Assembly: GCA_013239625.1 (NCBI GenBank)
Contig: MU053881.1
Span: 124,001-188,000 of the forward strand
Length of the DNA: 64,000 bases
Origin: Lama guanicoe
Taxonomy: Eukaryota
Direction: 5' to 3'
In this document: piece after piece, positions 13,318 to 27,257 of the stretch
How positions within the stretch are numbered: the first letter of the stretch is position 1
Layout of the letters: each line of letters opens with the position of its first letter
Translations under genes and position numbers: made by a program
The notes under the pieces: model-generated
Databases searched by the model: none
Seen by the model: only the letters and a program-made list of their open reading frames with translations
What the model was told of the DNA's origin: nothing

Positions 13318-14138
13318 TGTGATATTGTGACTTATGACAAGAAATATATATTTGGTCTTTGTCCATTGTTTCTGGCACACAACTCCTCAAACCTTGGAAA
13401 TTTCCTAAGTGATGAGAGTGATCAAGATCCTCGTTTTGTTAATGAGGTAACTTCTGGACTCCACTGAAGGCCAGGGCTGGTTGCCAAGAAAATCAACTAC
13501 ATGATTAGAGGGCTGGAACTTTCAGTCCCACCTCCCTGAGGGGAGAGGCTGGAGCAATCACCAACAGCCAATGATCTGATCAATCATGCCTACGGAATGA
13601 AGCCTCCATAAAAACCCAAAAGGACAGGGTTCAGAGAGCCTCTGGGTTGGTGAACACGTGGAGATTTGAGGAAAATGATGTACCTGGAAGAGGACATGGA
13701 AGCTGTGTCCTTTCCCCACACCCTGGCCTAGGCATCTCTTCCATCTGGCTATTCTTGAGTTATACCCCTTTATAATGAACCAGTAATCTAGAGAGTACAT
13801 GGGTTGCCTGAGTTCTGTGAGCCACTCAAGCAAATTCATCAAACCCAAGGAGAAGGTCACGGGAACCTCCAATCTGTAGCTGTTTGGTCAGAAAGACAAG
13901 TGACAACCTAGACTCATGACTGGCACCTGAAGTTGGAAGGGAAAGGTGTGGGGAGGGGAGTCTTGCAGGACAGAGCCTTTTACCTGTAGAATCTGATGCT
14001 ATCTCTGAGCAGTGTCAGAACTGAGCTGAACGGTAGGACATCCAGCTAGTGTCCTAGAATTGTTGCTGTTGGGGGATACCAACCCTCACCACCCCCCGCC
14101 ACATACACGTACTGGAATTGGGTATTAGAATCCTTTCA
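13318..14138 (+). mobile_element. Solo LTR, MER21-like
   Basis: Starts TGTGATATTGTGA and ends ...cctttCA; interrupts L1 ORF2, which resumes at 14139. Confidence 0.75.
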
Positions 14139-16867
14139 CTCTGTTAGGTGGATGGAAAGACAAGCTACATATCAGGAGAAAATATGTGCAAATCATGTAT
14201 TTGACAAAAGCCTAGTATCTAAAATATATAAAGGACCCAAAATCCAATAGTAACAAAGTAAGCAATCCAATTAGATAGGACACGGGCAAAGACATAAGAG
14301 ATTATTTCACAGACGATGCTATACAGATGACAAATAAGCATACACAAAGATACTAAATATCTTTAACCATCAGGGAAATGCAAATTAAAACCACAGTGAC
14401 ATACCACTACACACCTATCAGGAAGGCTAAAACAAAAATAGTGACAACACCAAATGTTGATAAGGATGCAAAGAAACTGGATCACTCGTTTATTACTGGT
14501 GAAAATGTAAAATAGAATAGCCACTCTGGAAAAGTCTGGCAGTTTCTAACATTATGACCCAGCAATTGCACTGCTGGGCACTTGTACTGGGCATTCACAT
14601 ACTACCTGCACACAGAACATTCACAGCAGTTTCATCTGTAACAGCCAAACACTGGAAACTGCCCAGATGTCCTTAGACAGCTGAAGGGTTAACCAGCCAT
14701 GATGTATCTGTACCAAGGAACCCTGCTCAACATCAAGAAGCAAACACACAACAACCCAGGTGAGTCTCCAAGAAATCAACCTGAGAGGGAAAAAAAGCCT
14801 GATTCCATTTATAGATTGTTCTTGAAATAATAAAATTATAGAAATGGAGAACACATCAGTGGTTGCCAGGAGTGAAGGTGTTACCACTGGGGAGAAACTG
14901 GTAAAAGGCACATGACTTGTTCTACATAATTTCTTACAGGGTCACATGAATCTCTTAAGTATCTCAAAATAAAAAAGTGAATGAATGGACATCTAAGGTT
15001 ACAGTCCTACCTTTCATTACAGAACAATTTTGAAGAACATGGAAAAACGTTTAAAAAAAAGTGAAGCAGGCTAATCCTATGTAATCAACTTTAAAGACAA
15101 TGATATGAACTGATTCATGAGGCAGAAATCTGTATCTTATGAATGGATGATGTAGCAGACAGATATGACTTCTGAACTAAGTGATACATTTTCTCTTCAT
15201 TAACAGGTACCATGAGAAATCAGTGAAAGAAGTTTTCAGAGAGCAAGCACAATGTAACTCTTTCAAGAAGTGAGAAAGGAGCACATTACAGTGTAAGCTG
15301 CAAAGCTCAGGAAGATAACTCTGGATTGGTCTAAAAGAGGTGAAATCAGTGAAAAGACTGCTGTTGCAAACAGATGTGTAACAACGTCCAACAGAGTATC
15401 TGAGATAAACAAATATCTGTGAAACGATGCTTCAAGAAAGAAACGTAAAAGCGTAAATGTCAAACAGTAAAGCATCTTTCTGAGATGGAAGAGCAAGGGA
15501 TCATGAAAAATGAAGGTGCCACAAAGACTGCCCTCCCATCTCCAGCATTTACTTTCAGAAGCTTTTACCCATGTTAACTCAGCCTGAAAATTTGTGACTA
15601 ATGACCCTCACCTCAAGTAAAGTTTGTGAATCCTTAAAGAAATGAATATAGATTAAGGTTTGTAAAATATATACTATAAGATTACAAAACCTTGAGCCAG
15701 AAGGATATAAACAGTAACTGTCTCTGGGATGAGAAAAAGACTAGAAGAGGAACAAAGAGGGCCTTAACATCCTGTAATGGTCTATTTCTTTTGCACTAAA
15801 AAACACACACAAAAGTGACAAAATACTGTTAATTTTGATAGTCAATATACGTATACTTTGTTACATTTTATATTTTTCTGTTTTTCAAATTTAAAACAGG
15901 CAAAGAAAAACAAGCTAGACTTACCATGGAGAGACATAACAGAAAAAGAAATCTGCAGCTCACACTTCCCTGACCTTCATTTTAAGAGGCCTCAGACACT
16001 GCAGCCCACACAGGAAAAAAAACCTCCCGAAGAACCATTTATAAATATAAACTTGATGTTTGTTGAACATGGTCTTACATATACTTGGTAAATGTATTAT
16101 TTGTTGTTTTCCATTTGGTTTTGTGAACAATACCATTACTTTTATGACATGAAAGGGATTTATAGAAGTAAAATCTCATTTTATAACTGTACTTTCAAGA
16201 AATAAAAGTATAATTTTTGAAGACTTCGTTATGTGACTTTTTTAGTAATCAATTATAGAGCAAGCTGGGTACATCTGGAAAAATTTAGTTATTGACATAT
16301 TATTAAAATGTGACTTTTAATCTTGCTGGTTTAAAAACATATATCCCAATAGTTCTTACTGGGTCAATCATGCCCCCCATATTCTAATGTATTAATTAAG
16401 TCCTCATAAATCTTTTTAAATTTTTAAATTTTTTTTTAGTTTTAAAAAAAATGCTTTAAAATACTGGTCTTTATTAGAGGGTCCAAGTGGATCAAAATTT
16501 TCCACTTGTTTTCTGCACTTTGTGAGAATCTCCACTTTTTGAGGTTTGAATATTTTTTTAAAAAGCTATTTACAGCATGATGAAATAAAGTATGACATCA
16601 GGAATGTATCACCAGAACACAGAGGTGACTGAAACAAAGGCTAGAAAAGCAAGGCTAGGCTAGGAGCAAAAAAGAATAAAAAGACTAGTAGCAGACAATC
16701 TATAGGTGAAAGAGAGAAAAAACCACTGGGCTGTATCTAACAAACTGATGAGCTCTGTGGAACAGTGAACGTGCAAATCCCCTGTCAAAAAGACTTTCTC
16801 TTGTGGCTTCTTTAGACTCCAAGACATACATACAAATCATAAGAAGCACAAATATGGTAAGTCATAC

Positions 16868-16953
16868 CTTTCAGGCCTAAAGTCTGCAACTGAAACAGTT
16901 TTCCCAGCTCAAAAGGTAGAACTCGTAACAGGTTGTTATTTAAATGGAGTTCC
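16868..16953 (-). CDS. CNOT6: CNOT6 coding exon 4 (ELHLNNNLLRVLPFELGKLFQLQTLGLK; LRR)
   Basis: Acceptor caacag|GG at 16954/16953, donor AAG|gtatga at 16868/16867; 86 nt. Confidence 0.96.
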
Positions 16954-18194
16954 CTGTTGACGTAAAAATTCCGAGTCAGAAGACATATTAACCTTTAATT
17001 AACAGCAAAAATCAATAATTTCTAGGATTATGAAAGCTCCTAAGAATGACCAAATTTAATATTATATTCCAGTATCTATCTAGCATAGTGCTTCTCAAAC
17101 CATATGAGGTCTTAAAAAAACTAAGACACAACAAAAAACCCAAACAGCCACAGACCAATACATTTGTAAGACACAGGGGAAAAAAAATGAATTACTATAA
17201 AAATGAACTGAGGAAAAAAAAAAAAGACCAACAAGATATAAACCCCAATTCTTTCAAGAGTATTAGATTCAACAGATATAAAATCACTCTCATGTGTGTC
17301 ACTGCAGGCAGGCTGATGACAGTTCGAAAATGGCACAGTCCACACACCACCCTGAGAGCAACTCTGGTTTAGCACACATGAAGGTCTACAATATGTGTTT
17401 AAGAAAGTGGCAATGATAAAACCACCTAACCTGTGAACTGCTAAAAAGGGAATTTAAATGATCATACAGTACCAAATCAAAGCAGCTTATGACAGCTATA
17501 CAGTAAGTTTATGATTACTCTTTCTCCAAATTTACTAAATTTCACTTTAGAAACAGTGGTGGCTATAGTAACTACTGATTATTTTAATGATTTGTTTTGT
17601 ACAGAAAATATAACTATGAAAGGAATACCCAGTAGGAAGAAAAACAAAGACCCAATATTAAGATACTGGCACTTTCTTACAATAAGGTTTACTTATCAAT
17701 TTTTACATGTGAATGAGAACTGTTTCTATAATCCCTGGTTCTTGGAATTTAAATGAACCTTGGTTACTAACGAGTAAACCAGAGGTTGGTGAGGCCATAA
17801 ACTGAACAAGAAAAACTTGTTCTAAATACTCGATTCCTGTTTATTTCCAAATATATCACATGGAAAAGGAGTTCCTTTAAGTAAACCTGGCCCAGAGGAT
17901 TGATGGTATATACTCAATAATTAAGCCTAAAAAAATGTCAAAGGCTGGACCGGGAGCAATAGAGGCAGAGAAACTCACAAAATCCTTACTCCCTTTAACC
18001 ATGTAGCAAATGATAGATGGCAGCAGAAAAGCCAGTGGAATCAAAGAAAAAAAGACAGGTAGTATGAAATGAGGCAAGGTGTTCCATTGGAATTAACATA
18101 ACAGATGGAAACTGGCTTTCTATTCAACTTGGGTAGATCTCATTTATCTTATAAGACAGAGGTAATGAGAGAAACAGCAATTACCATTTATTAA

Positions 18195-18390
18195 CACAGA
18201 ATGTGTCAAGCAGGGCTGCTAGTAGTCTTTTAGTCATCATCTCCAATCTCAGCCTTGGCTGGGGAGTTACTATAGCAACTTTACAGACGAAGAAACACTC
18301 GGCGAGGCTGTAAGAAGCCTGTCCCGAATTACACAGCTTGTAGATGACAGTCCGGCTTCCCACCTGAACTCCATGTGACTCCACCTCCTA
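18195..18390. mobile_element. MIR SINE remnant
   Basis: ...actttacagacgaagaaacac...gcctgtcccgaattacacagcttgtagatgacag... Confidence 0.6.
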
Positions 18391-18917
18391 TCCCCCTCTA
18401 GTCCACACACCGTAGTCCTCCATCTTCAATCGCTAATTCTAGCTTCTTTCAAGTCCAGGCTTTATCACTATCATGCGTACAAACCCGGGCATGGCCAAAA
18501 AGGCTTCACTAATTAGCAATGGCTTCCTGTACCCCATAGTAAGGATGATGTGGTGTCCCAGCATTTAGTGGGGAGAAAGCAGCTCAGCTGTCTGTCACAG
18601 GTGAGGGCATATATAGGATAACACAAGGGCCTTCTATTTGTTTGCCCTACTCTGCCCAAAAATTTTGCTTCAAAAATAAAGTATATTACACAAAACAGCG
18701 ATAAAATGCATTTCAGACAACAGAGCTACTGGATTATTTATTAGCTGACATTCAATTTTCCCAGAAAACTTTACAGAAAGGATACAGTTATGTTTACTGT
18801 TGTTCAAATACCATTAAATTGATAATGTTGATTCCTGACAAAATGGTGTTTTCCCCAACAGCATAACAGTACTGTTTCAGCAGGTGTAGCGCCATGTACC
18901 AAGCTGAACCTGCATAC

Positions 18918-19104
18918 CTGAGTGATGCCATGTTTCCGAGTTCTGCCGGTAAACTCCGGATTTTATTACGGGACAGGTCCAGATACACCAGATTGTGAAG
19001 CTTGGCAATGTCTGAAGGAATGCGGGACAGGAAATTGTCACTTAGATACAAAGCTGTCAAGTGAGTTAGTGACCACAAAGATGAGCTTAAGCTTCTTACT
19101 TTTC
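18918..19104 (-). CDS. CNOT6: CNOT6 coding exon 3 (GKVRSLSSSLWSLTHLTALYLSDNFLSRIPSDIAKLHNLVYLDLSRNKIRSLPAELGNMASLR; LRR)
   Basis: Acceptor ttacag|GA at 19105/19104, donor CAG|gtatgc at 18918/18917; 187 nt; LxxLxLxxNxL repeats. Confidence 0.96.
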
Positions 19105-19949
19105 CTGTAAGAAGAGAAAAAATGGAGCAAGGATTATATAGTATTCTCTATAATTTGGTCCCTGGATTAAATAACATTCAGATTTTTGATGAGTAATAAT
19201 TTATTATACAAAAAACTGTGAAGAAGGGGCCAACGGGAGAAAGCCTACCTGTTCTAGAACAATTCACTGCTATGATTAAGTTATTAAGTCTCCACTTGGC
19301 AGACTAAAGAAAAACGATTTAAGGCAATACATCAATATTTAGATTGTACTGCTATTTTTAAGAGCACAAAAGACTATCCTTCAAAGTGTCCTCAGCTATG
19401 ACAAGAAAAAGTATGAATAATTTACAGCAATGATAAATCCAATATTTCAATATGAATGATTTGGACATATGCCCCCCCCAAATCAAATCTAGTGTCCCAG
19501 AGGCTGTTCAAATCTATACTCCAGAAAATAAGAATTCTGCCTACCGATAAAAGGTAAATGAGATATTCTAAGCTTAGCAAAGTTTTAAGACCAAAGAACC
19601 CAACTGATAATTTCATCAATAACCATGTAACTAAACAAACATGTACTGTATAATTAAAAGTAAAAATTCTTGCCCAAAAACATATCAGGTATTAAGTCAC
19701 AACTATACAAAAACAAATAGCAATAGACATAGGATTCAGGAGTCAACAGCAGTAACCAGGGACAGAATAATTTCTTTCAATGCAGTATTAAATCTGTATT
19801 TTGGCACTTCTTGATAAGATGCCAATCGTTTCTAAATCCATCTAAGAATTTTCCCCATAATCTTTTTAATGGTACAAGATTATAGCCTGAGAGAGAATGA
19901 AACAAAGAGATGCAATGAAAATATACCAGTCTTTAAGAACTGATTTTCT

Positions 19950-22900
19950 ATTAGCTGAAAAAGCAATCTTGAGACTTCTAACCCAAATGGAGTACCAGGG
20001 ACCAAATTTACTATCCTACCTGAACAACTGTAAACATATATAAACATACAAACATCAGGCAACATACATGAATCAACAAATCAACAAATTTCAGAGATCA
20101 GACTCCAGTGATTTCTGAAGGATGGGAAACAAACAAGGCAGGTCCTACAATTTTCTCAGCTTGCTTCCTGGACAGCAGCACAGGGAGGGGATTTCAAGGT
20201 AAGCAGAGTGACTCCCCCTCCCTCAAGTTCAGGAGACAGGGCAAAGGTCCAGAGAAGCCAAGATGACTAGAATTTCCAAAAGCAGAATAGCAGAGAGGTG
20301 AACAGAGAGCTCTGGAGATTTGGAGGTCCCCCTGAGGTTGTCAACTGAGTACTGATCAGCATATGCATATGAGAAATTGCCCGAGCAGACGGAAAAAACA
20401 CCTGAAAGAAGTAGAGACAACAACACCCAGGTTCACACAGAATTGAGGCTAGTATCACTCAATAAGGTAAAATTCACAGTATCTGGCAGCCAATTAAAAA
20501 TTACCAGGTATGCAAAGGAACAGGAAAACAATATCCATTATCAAGAAAAAGTCTATCAAAACCAGTCCAGAACAGATAATGATAAAATTAGTAGATAGAT
20601 ACTAAGAAGCTAGAAGCCTCAACATAGTAAGTACTGATATGAGACATCATAGATGCTCAAACTTCCGTGGCTGAGAGGAAGTGGGGAAGACTACTAATGT
20701 GTAGAGTTTCTTTTGATGACAATGAAGATGTTCTCAAGTTGATTATGGTAATGGGTGCACAATTCTGTAAATTTATAAAAACTACTGAATTTGCACTTAA
20801 AGTGGGTGAATTGTGTGAGTTATATATCAAGCTGTTACCAAAAAAGAGACAGAGACACACACAGAGGCAGAAAAGTTTCCACATTAAGATAGTCAAAGAA
20901 AAATGTACTACCGACCTAGCATTCCAATAAAAACATCTTTCAAAAATGAAGGCAAATTACAAGATGAAAAGAGCTACAGAGATGGATGGTAGTGATTGCT
21001 GCACAACATTAAAAACATATTTGATAAAACAAAAAGAAAAACCTTCCCCAAAAGAAAACTGCAGAACCAGATAGGTTCATTGGCGAAAACCACCAAACAT
21101 TTAAGGAAAAACTAGCATCAATTCTAAATGTCAATTCATCCAGAAAACTGAAGAGGATATTTTCCAACTCACAAAATAAATAAGACTGTGTTGTCAAATT
21201 TGCAAACTGGATTAAAAGGAAAGGGACCAGATTAAATTATATGAACAGCGCTAAGGAAAACATTTGGCAGATTAAACACAGCAACAATGTTTAGTTTAAA
21301 AACAGCAGTTGATGGAGAAGGAAACAAACTTGGTGCACCAAGCACATGAGTTAACAAGTGGATGTTCACTCCATAAAGGCAAACACAGTTGCAGAGGTAC
21401 ATACACATCACTGAACTCCCGTGGGAAGGAATTCATGTCCTAACAGCAACAGAAAGATGCGGCTTCTTCAAATTAAACAGATTTAATTTAAGTAAAGATT
21501 ATACTTGAAGGTAAAAAGCTTAGAATCTGAGAATAGGAAGACTAAGGCAAGTATTAGGCAGAAGACAAGACAGAACACACCCCAGCGCATTACTTCTGGA
21601 AGAATACACTGAATCACAACACAGCGGCAGCAAGCGGTTGAGATGAAAGCTGGGGCTGAGAGGCTGAGGTCTTGAGTATGGCTTTAAGGCCTCCTACACA
21701 ATTAGGAAGACAAAATGGGAACTGAGGCATTACCAAGAAGTTAGTGTTAACCACCAAGACTCCAGGTGGGCCCTACAAACAGAGCAGGGTGACCCTCCAG
21801 CAAGCCACCCTCACAGCCACTGAACAACAGGTTCAAACAAGACGGATGAGCCCTAATCCAATAAGGCCACCCACCCACCCACCCTTACAACAACACAAAG
21901 CACATCTGCAAACAGAAAACCAAATTCACTCTTACAGAAGAGAGTATCATCCAGACCATCAAATTATTCTACCATTTCATATATAATTCCCAGTAGTTAA
22001 TAAAAATTACCAGACCTAAGGACTGAAAAACAGAAGAAAAAGAGAAACAACAAAACAGAACCCTAGGAGGTTCAGATATTGGAGTTACCAAACAGACTGT
22101 TCAAAAAAACTATAACAGACTTACATTCTCAGCAACATAGAGTAACATGGACTGGATTTACCCTCCCACCTAAAGCAACTAAATAAACGCACAAATATAT
22201 GAAAAACTGAGTTTCAGGCATCAGATACCAGGCAGCACAGGGCAGTGATCACTGACATGGGAAACAATCAAGGGGAGTCCTTAAGATGTTCCAGTTTACT
22301 CTACAGTTTCCAGAAAGTAGTCAGGGAGACAGAGACCAGATGGAGTCTGGTGATCTATGTAAGCTTAAGTTTAAGAGATGAAGCTGGGAGTCTAGAGATG
22401 CCAAAATGGTTACAGGTCACAGGGCAGAGTGCCGAAAGGAGAGACTACACAGATAGAAAGCTCTGGAAAACTGAAGGGGACCCCACCTCCCCCTCGGTCT
22501 TCAGCTGAGCAGTGACCAGCAAATGCACGTGAGGAACAACCCTAGGGTGGGGAAGTGGAGACCAACCAAAAAGAGCAGAAAGAATAACCCTTCATGTCAC
22601 ACAGGGCCAGGAAGAGTTCTGTGTTCCCACCAGCGTAACTTACAGAGAACTCAGAAAGGTATTACTTAAAAGCAAGCCTCCAGATAACCAAACTGTGTCC
22701 AAATAACTTAACTGTATCCCAGAACAAAGCTCAAAAGTATTTATAGGAATACAAAAATAGCCAGCACCCAAGAAAGTAAAATTCACAAGGTAATTGTGAA
22801 TAAACATTACCAGGCACACAAAAAGAGAAAGAGGAAAGGTGAGAGGGGGTAGAGGGAGTGGGGAGGAATCAAAGCCAACCTAGAAATGAAAAAGAATTAG

Positions 22901-24090
22901 TAAATAAGAATATTAGAAGTTATTATAACTGTACTGCATATGCTCAAAAAGGCAGCAGCAAAATGTTAAGGCATGGAAGATACAAAAAATACCCACACTT
23001 CTAATTATGAAAAATACACTATTACTAAATGAGATTAATAGCTAACTAGATATTGAAAAGAAACTGTCAGTGAAACTGAAGACACAATAAAAACCGTCCA
23101 AAGAGGGAAGGAAAAAAAAACAAATAAACAGAGCATCAGCAAGTTATGGGATAACTTTAAGATATAAGTAACTGTATTTCCCAAAAGGCTGGGGTGGGGG
23201 GAGAAAGGGAAGAACATAAAATAGTTGAAAGAAATAGTGGCCTAAACTTATTCAAATTTTATGAAAACTATAAACCCACAAATCCAGGAAGCTTAACAAA
23301 ACTTAAGCACTAGAAAACTGGGGAGAAAAAATACCCTACACCAAGGCACATCATAATCAAACTACTTAAAACCAGCGATAAAGAGAGAATCTTAAAGCAG
23401 TTGACAGAAAAAGGACATACATAAAAGAAACAGCAGACAAGAAGAAACAATGAAAACAAGACAGGGAGCAGGATCCTTAGATTACTAAGAGACAAAAACC
23501 GTTAAACTAGAACGCTATGCCCAGCAAAACTATCTTGCAAAATATAAGGCATAAAATTCAGACATAAAACCAGAATAAAAAAATCACCTGTAGACCTCCA
23601 AGAAATATTAAATGAATTCCTTTAATCAAAAGGAAAATGGTAACAGAAATAAAACTGCCTATACACAAAGCCATGAAGAACACTGGATATGGTAAGTACA
23701 TGGGTAAATAAAAGCCAACTTTTCCTAATACTTGACTGTTTAAAGAAAAATAACAACATACTGTGAGACCTTTAACACATGTTTAAGTAAAAGACATGAC
23801 AGGAATAGCACAAAGGCCAGAAGAGGAGAAGCAGGTATACTGTTAAGACTCCTATACCATTATGTGAAGTGGTTTAACATTACTTAATATATTTTGTAAA
23901 TAAACCCTAAAGCAACCATTATTGAATACTTACAACTAATTGGTCAACAAAGGAGATAAAAGGCAATTTTAAAACATAACTAGTTAATCCAAAAGGAAAA
24001 AAAGGCAACAAGAAAACATATGGGAGAAATAGAAAATAAACAACATGACAGCAGATTTAAATCAACTGCATCAGTAACAGCATTAAATAT
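19950..24090 (+). mobile_element. Cluster of old L1M fragments (5' UTR, ORF1 and ORF2 pieces)
   Basis: A-rich plus strand with L1 motifs (ataaacccacaaatccaggaagct, ccaaggcacatcataatcaaact, ttcattggcgaaaaccaccaaacatttaagg); boundaries approximate. Confidence 0.65.
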
Positions 24091-24859
24091 CAACGTGTCT
24101 TAACAGATCCAAAAAGAGAGAAACCAACGAGTATCTGAGAGCACCGATTTGAGACCATTATCAGCACTAGGAGGAGCTCAGTGCAAGTCAGGAACAAGTG
24201 TAGTGTCCACAGCAAGTATGAAAGCAGCCTGGGTCCCAGGAATTCTCCAGACTGACCAGCCAAGGCCCACACTGCAGAGAAAAAGCTCCAAAAATGGAAA
24301 TAAAATTAAGTAGGATAGGTAGAAAAGAGATGAAGGGGGGAAAGGTCCAGAAAAAATGAAAGAAGGGAGCAAAATGAGAAAGTTTCAGAAAATGAGTTTC
24401 CACAGTTGTAAACACTGCAAAAACGAAACAAAACACAGAAGAGGGATTCTAAAGTTAGAAAAACTATCCTGAATCTCACCTTCTAAAAGTTCAGAAAAAC
24501 TAAATTTAAATAAAAAGAAACAACAGAAAAGTTGTAAGGTCAAATCCCGTAAAATTTATATATTTTTAAAAGATATTATAAGAAAAAAGAGTGTAAAGAC
24601 CAGAATAACTCTCTATACACAACAAAAGCATACCACAAACACACCCAAGAAACTGTCACCTACAATTTCAAAATGAGCTGAACAATATTAAGAAAATTAT
24701 AAAGCAATAAAAAAACATAAATAAGATTTTGAAAAATTCAGCAAAGGAAAACTAAAATACAAAGAACATAATAATGTATAACCACAACAGAGAATGTTTT
24801 TAGAAAAGTAGGAGAAAAAAATTTTTAAATCATAAACAAATGAAAAAATTAAAAAGCAT

Positions 24860-26950
24860 TAAAAAATCAATCACTTTCTTATATACCAGAGATGAACAAA
24901 TGGAATTTGACATTAAAAACACAATACCACTAGCACCCCGCAAAATGAAACTTAGTTAAAATCTAACAAAATATGCAATGGTCCATATGAGGAAAACTGT
25001 AATACTCTGATGAAAGGTATCAAAGAACTAAATAAAAGGAAAGATACTGCATGTTCCTGGATGGAAGACTCAACATTGTCAGGATGTCAGTTCTTCCCAG
25101 CATGATCTACAGATTCAATGCCATCTCAACTGCCCAGAAAGTTACTTTGTGGATACCGACAAACTAATTCTAAAGTTTATATAGAGAGACAAAAGATACA
25201 GAACAGCCAACACAAAACTGAAGGAAAACAAAGTCTGAAGGACAGATGCTACCTGACTTCAAGACTTGCTATAAATAGTGGGTAGGGTATAGCTCAAGTG
25301 GTAAAGTGCACACTTAGCATGCACAAGGTTCTGAGTTCAAGCCCCAGTACCACCTCTACAAATAAATAAATAAATAAACAAACCAACCTAGTACCAACCC
25401 TCCCCCAAAAGAGTATGCAATAAAAGACTTACTATAAAGCTACAGGAATCAAGACACTGGTATCGGCAAAAAAATAAATAAATAAAAAATAAAAAAACAA
25501 ACCACATAAAAAGATCAATGAAACAGAACAGAGAGTCCAGAAATAGACCCACACAAATACAGCCAACTAATCTTTGACAAAGGAGCAAAGGCAATACCAC
25601 AGAGAAGTAATTTCAACAAATGGTGTAGAACAACTAGACATCTGCAAAGAAAAAAAAAAAACCCTAACTACACTCATCATAAAAATTAACTCAAAATGCC
25701 TCACAGGACTAAATGTAAAATACAAAACCATAAAACTCCTAGAAGATTAACACAGAAGAAAATCTACATGATTTGGGTTTGCAACAACTTTAGATACAAC
25801 ATCAAAAGCACAATCTGTGAAAGAAGTCATTAATAAGCTGGACTTCACTAAAATTCATACTTCTGCTCTGTGAAAGATACTGCTAAGAGTAAGAAGACAA
25901 GCCACAGGCTGGGAGAAAACATTTGCAAAGACATCTAATACATACAAAGAACTCTTAAAACTCAATGAGAAAACAAACCACCCAATTAAAAAAGGGCAAA
26001 AAACCTGAACACACACCTCACCAAAGATATGTAGATAGTAAATAAGCATATGAAAAGATGCTCTTTAATTATATGTCATCAGGGAAATAAAAATTAAAAT
26101 AACAATGAGATACCACTACACATATCTAACAGAATGGGCAACATCAAGTGCTGGAGAGGATGTGGAGAAACAGGAATTTTCATCATTGCTAGTGGAAATG
26201 CAAAATGATACAGCCATTTTGGAAGACAATTTGGAGGCTTCTTACAAAATTAAATGTGAATGCTTACTATTTGATCCAGCAAACGTGCTCCTTAGCATTT
26301 ACTCAGGAGTTGAAAACTTATGTCCACACAAAAACCTGCACATGGACACTTATAGCTGCTTCATTCATAACTGCCAAAACTTGGAGGAAATCAGGATGCC
26401 CTTCAGTAGGTAAATGGATAAACTGTGATATATCCAGACAATGGAATGCTATTTAGCACTAAAAGGAAATAACTATCAAGCCATGAAAAGACATGGAGGA
26501 ACTTAAATGCATATTACTAAAGTCAAAGGACTTAATTTAAAAACTTTACATTCTGTTTGATTCTAAGGATGTGGCATTCTGGAAAAAGCAGAACTATAGA
26601 GACAGTAAAAAGATACAGTAAAAAGATCAGTGGTTGCTAGAGATTCAGGGAGAGGGAAGAATGAACAGACAGAGCACAGAGGACTTTTAGAGCAGTGAAA
26701 CTACTCTGTATGATGTGATAATGGTGGATAAACGTCACTGTACATTTGTCTAAACCCAAGAAATGTACACCACCAAGACTAAACCCAAAGAACTATGCAC
26801 TTTGGGTGATGATGACGTGTCAATGAAGGTTCATCGACTAACAAACGCACCACTCTAGTGGGGGTGTTGCTAGTGGAGGGCTCATGCACTGTACTTTCAT
26901 GTCAGATGTGCTATGAACCTAAAATTGCTCTAAAAAAGTTGATTAAAAAA
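24860..26950 (+). mobile_element. 5'-truncated L1 (L1MC/L1MB-like) ORF2 3' part and 3' UTR
   Basis: ORF2 motifs (ctacagattcaatgcc, caacaaatggtg, atgagataccactacac) and 3' end tatgaacctaaaattgctctaaaaaagt. Confidence 0.85.
25276..25423 (+). mobile_element. tRNA-derived SINE, Vic-1-like (camelid)
   Basis: gggtagggtatagctcaagtggta (A box)...gagttcaagccccagtacc (B box), then an (AAAT)n tail. 15-bp TSD: aagacttgctataaa 25261-25275 and aagacttactataaa 25424-25438. Confidence 0.85.
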
Positions 26951-27257
26951 AAAATCAGTGGTTGCCAGGGGCTGAAAGTGTGGGGAGGGTCTGCCTACAG
27001 TGGAGCAGGGGGATTTTGAGGAGAGTGATGAAATTCCTCCCATATTATAATTATAATGGTGGTTACACATAGTGGTCTGTATTTGTAAAAGAATGGAGCA
27101 AAGATCAGAGAGTGAATTTTACTGTACTTTATTTTTAAAAATGATTCTAGAGACAAACAAAAATATTCAAATTCAGAAAATAAACCTCTCTTGGGAAAAA
27201 AAAAAAAAAACAAAGGAACAGAAAAAAAACAAAAAATTTAATCAAAAGAAACAATCC

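Larger units (their letters stand above)
7900..14977 (+). mobile_element. Near full-length ancient L1 (L1MC/L1MD-like), antisense to CNOT6, interrupted by a solo LTR
   Basis: ORF1 remnant at about 9100-9850. ORF2 remnant from about 10217 (gtctacaaga, ggagacttcaac, catgatcaagtggg, aaatggtgct) with many stops. 3' UTR ends at ctcaaaataaaaaagt. Confidence 0.85.

Noticed and set aside
25280..25352. tRNA gene
   Set aside because: Has an A-rich tail and TSD and degenerate stems, so it is a SINE head.
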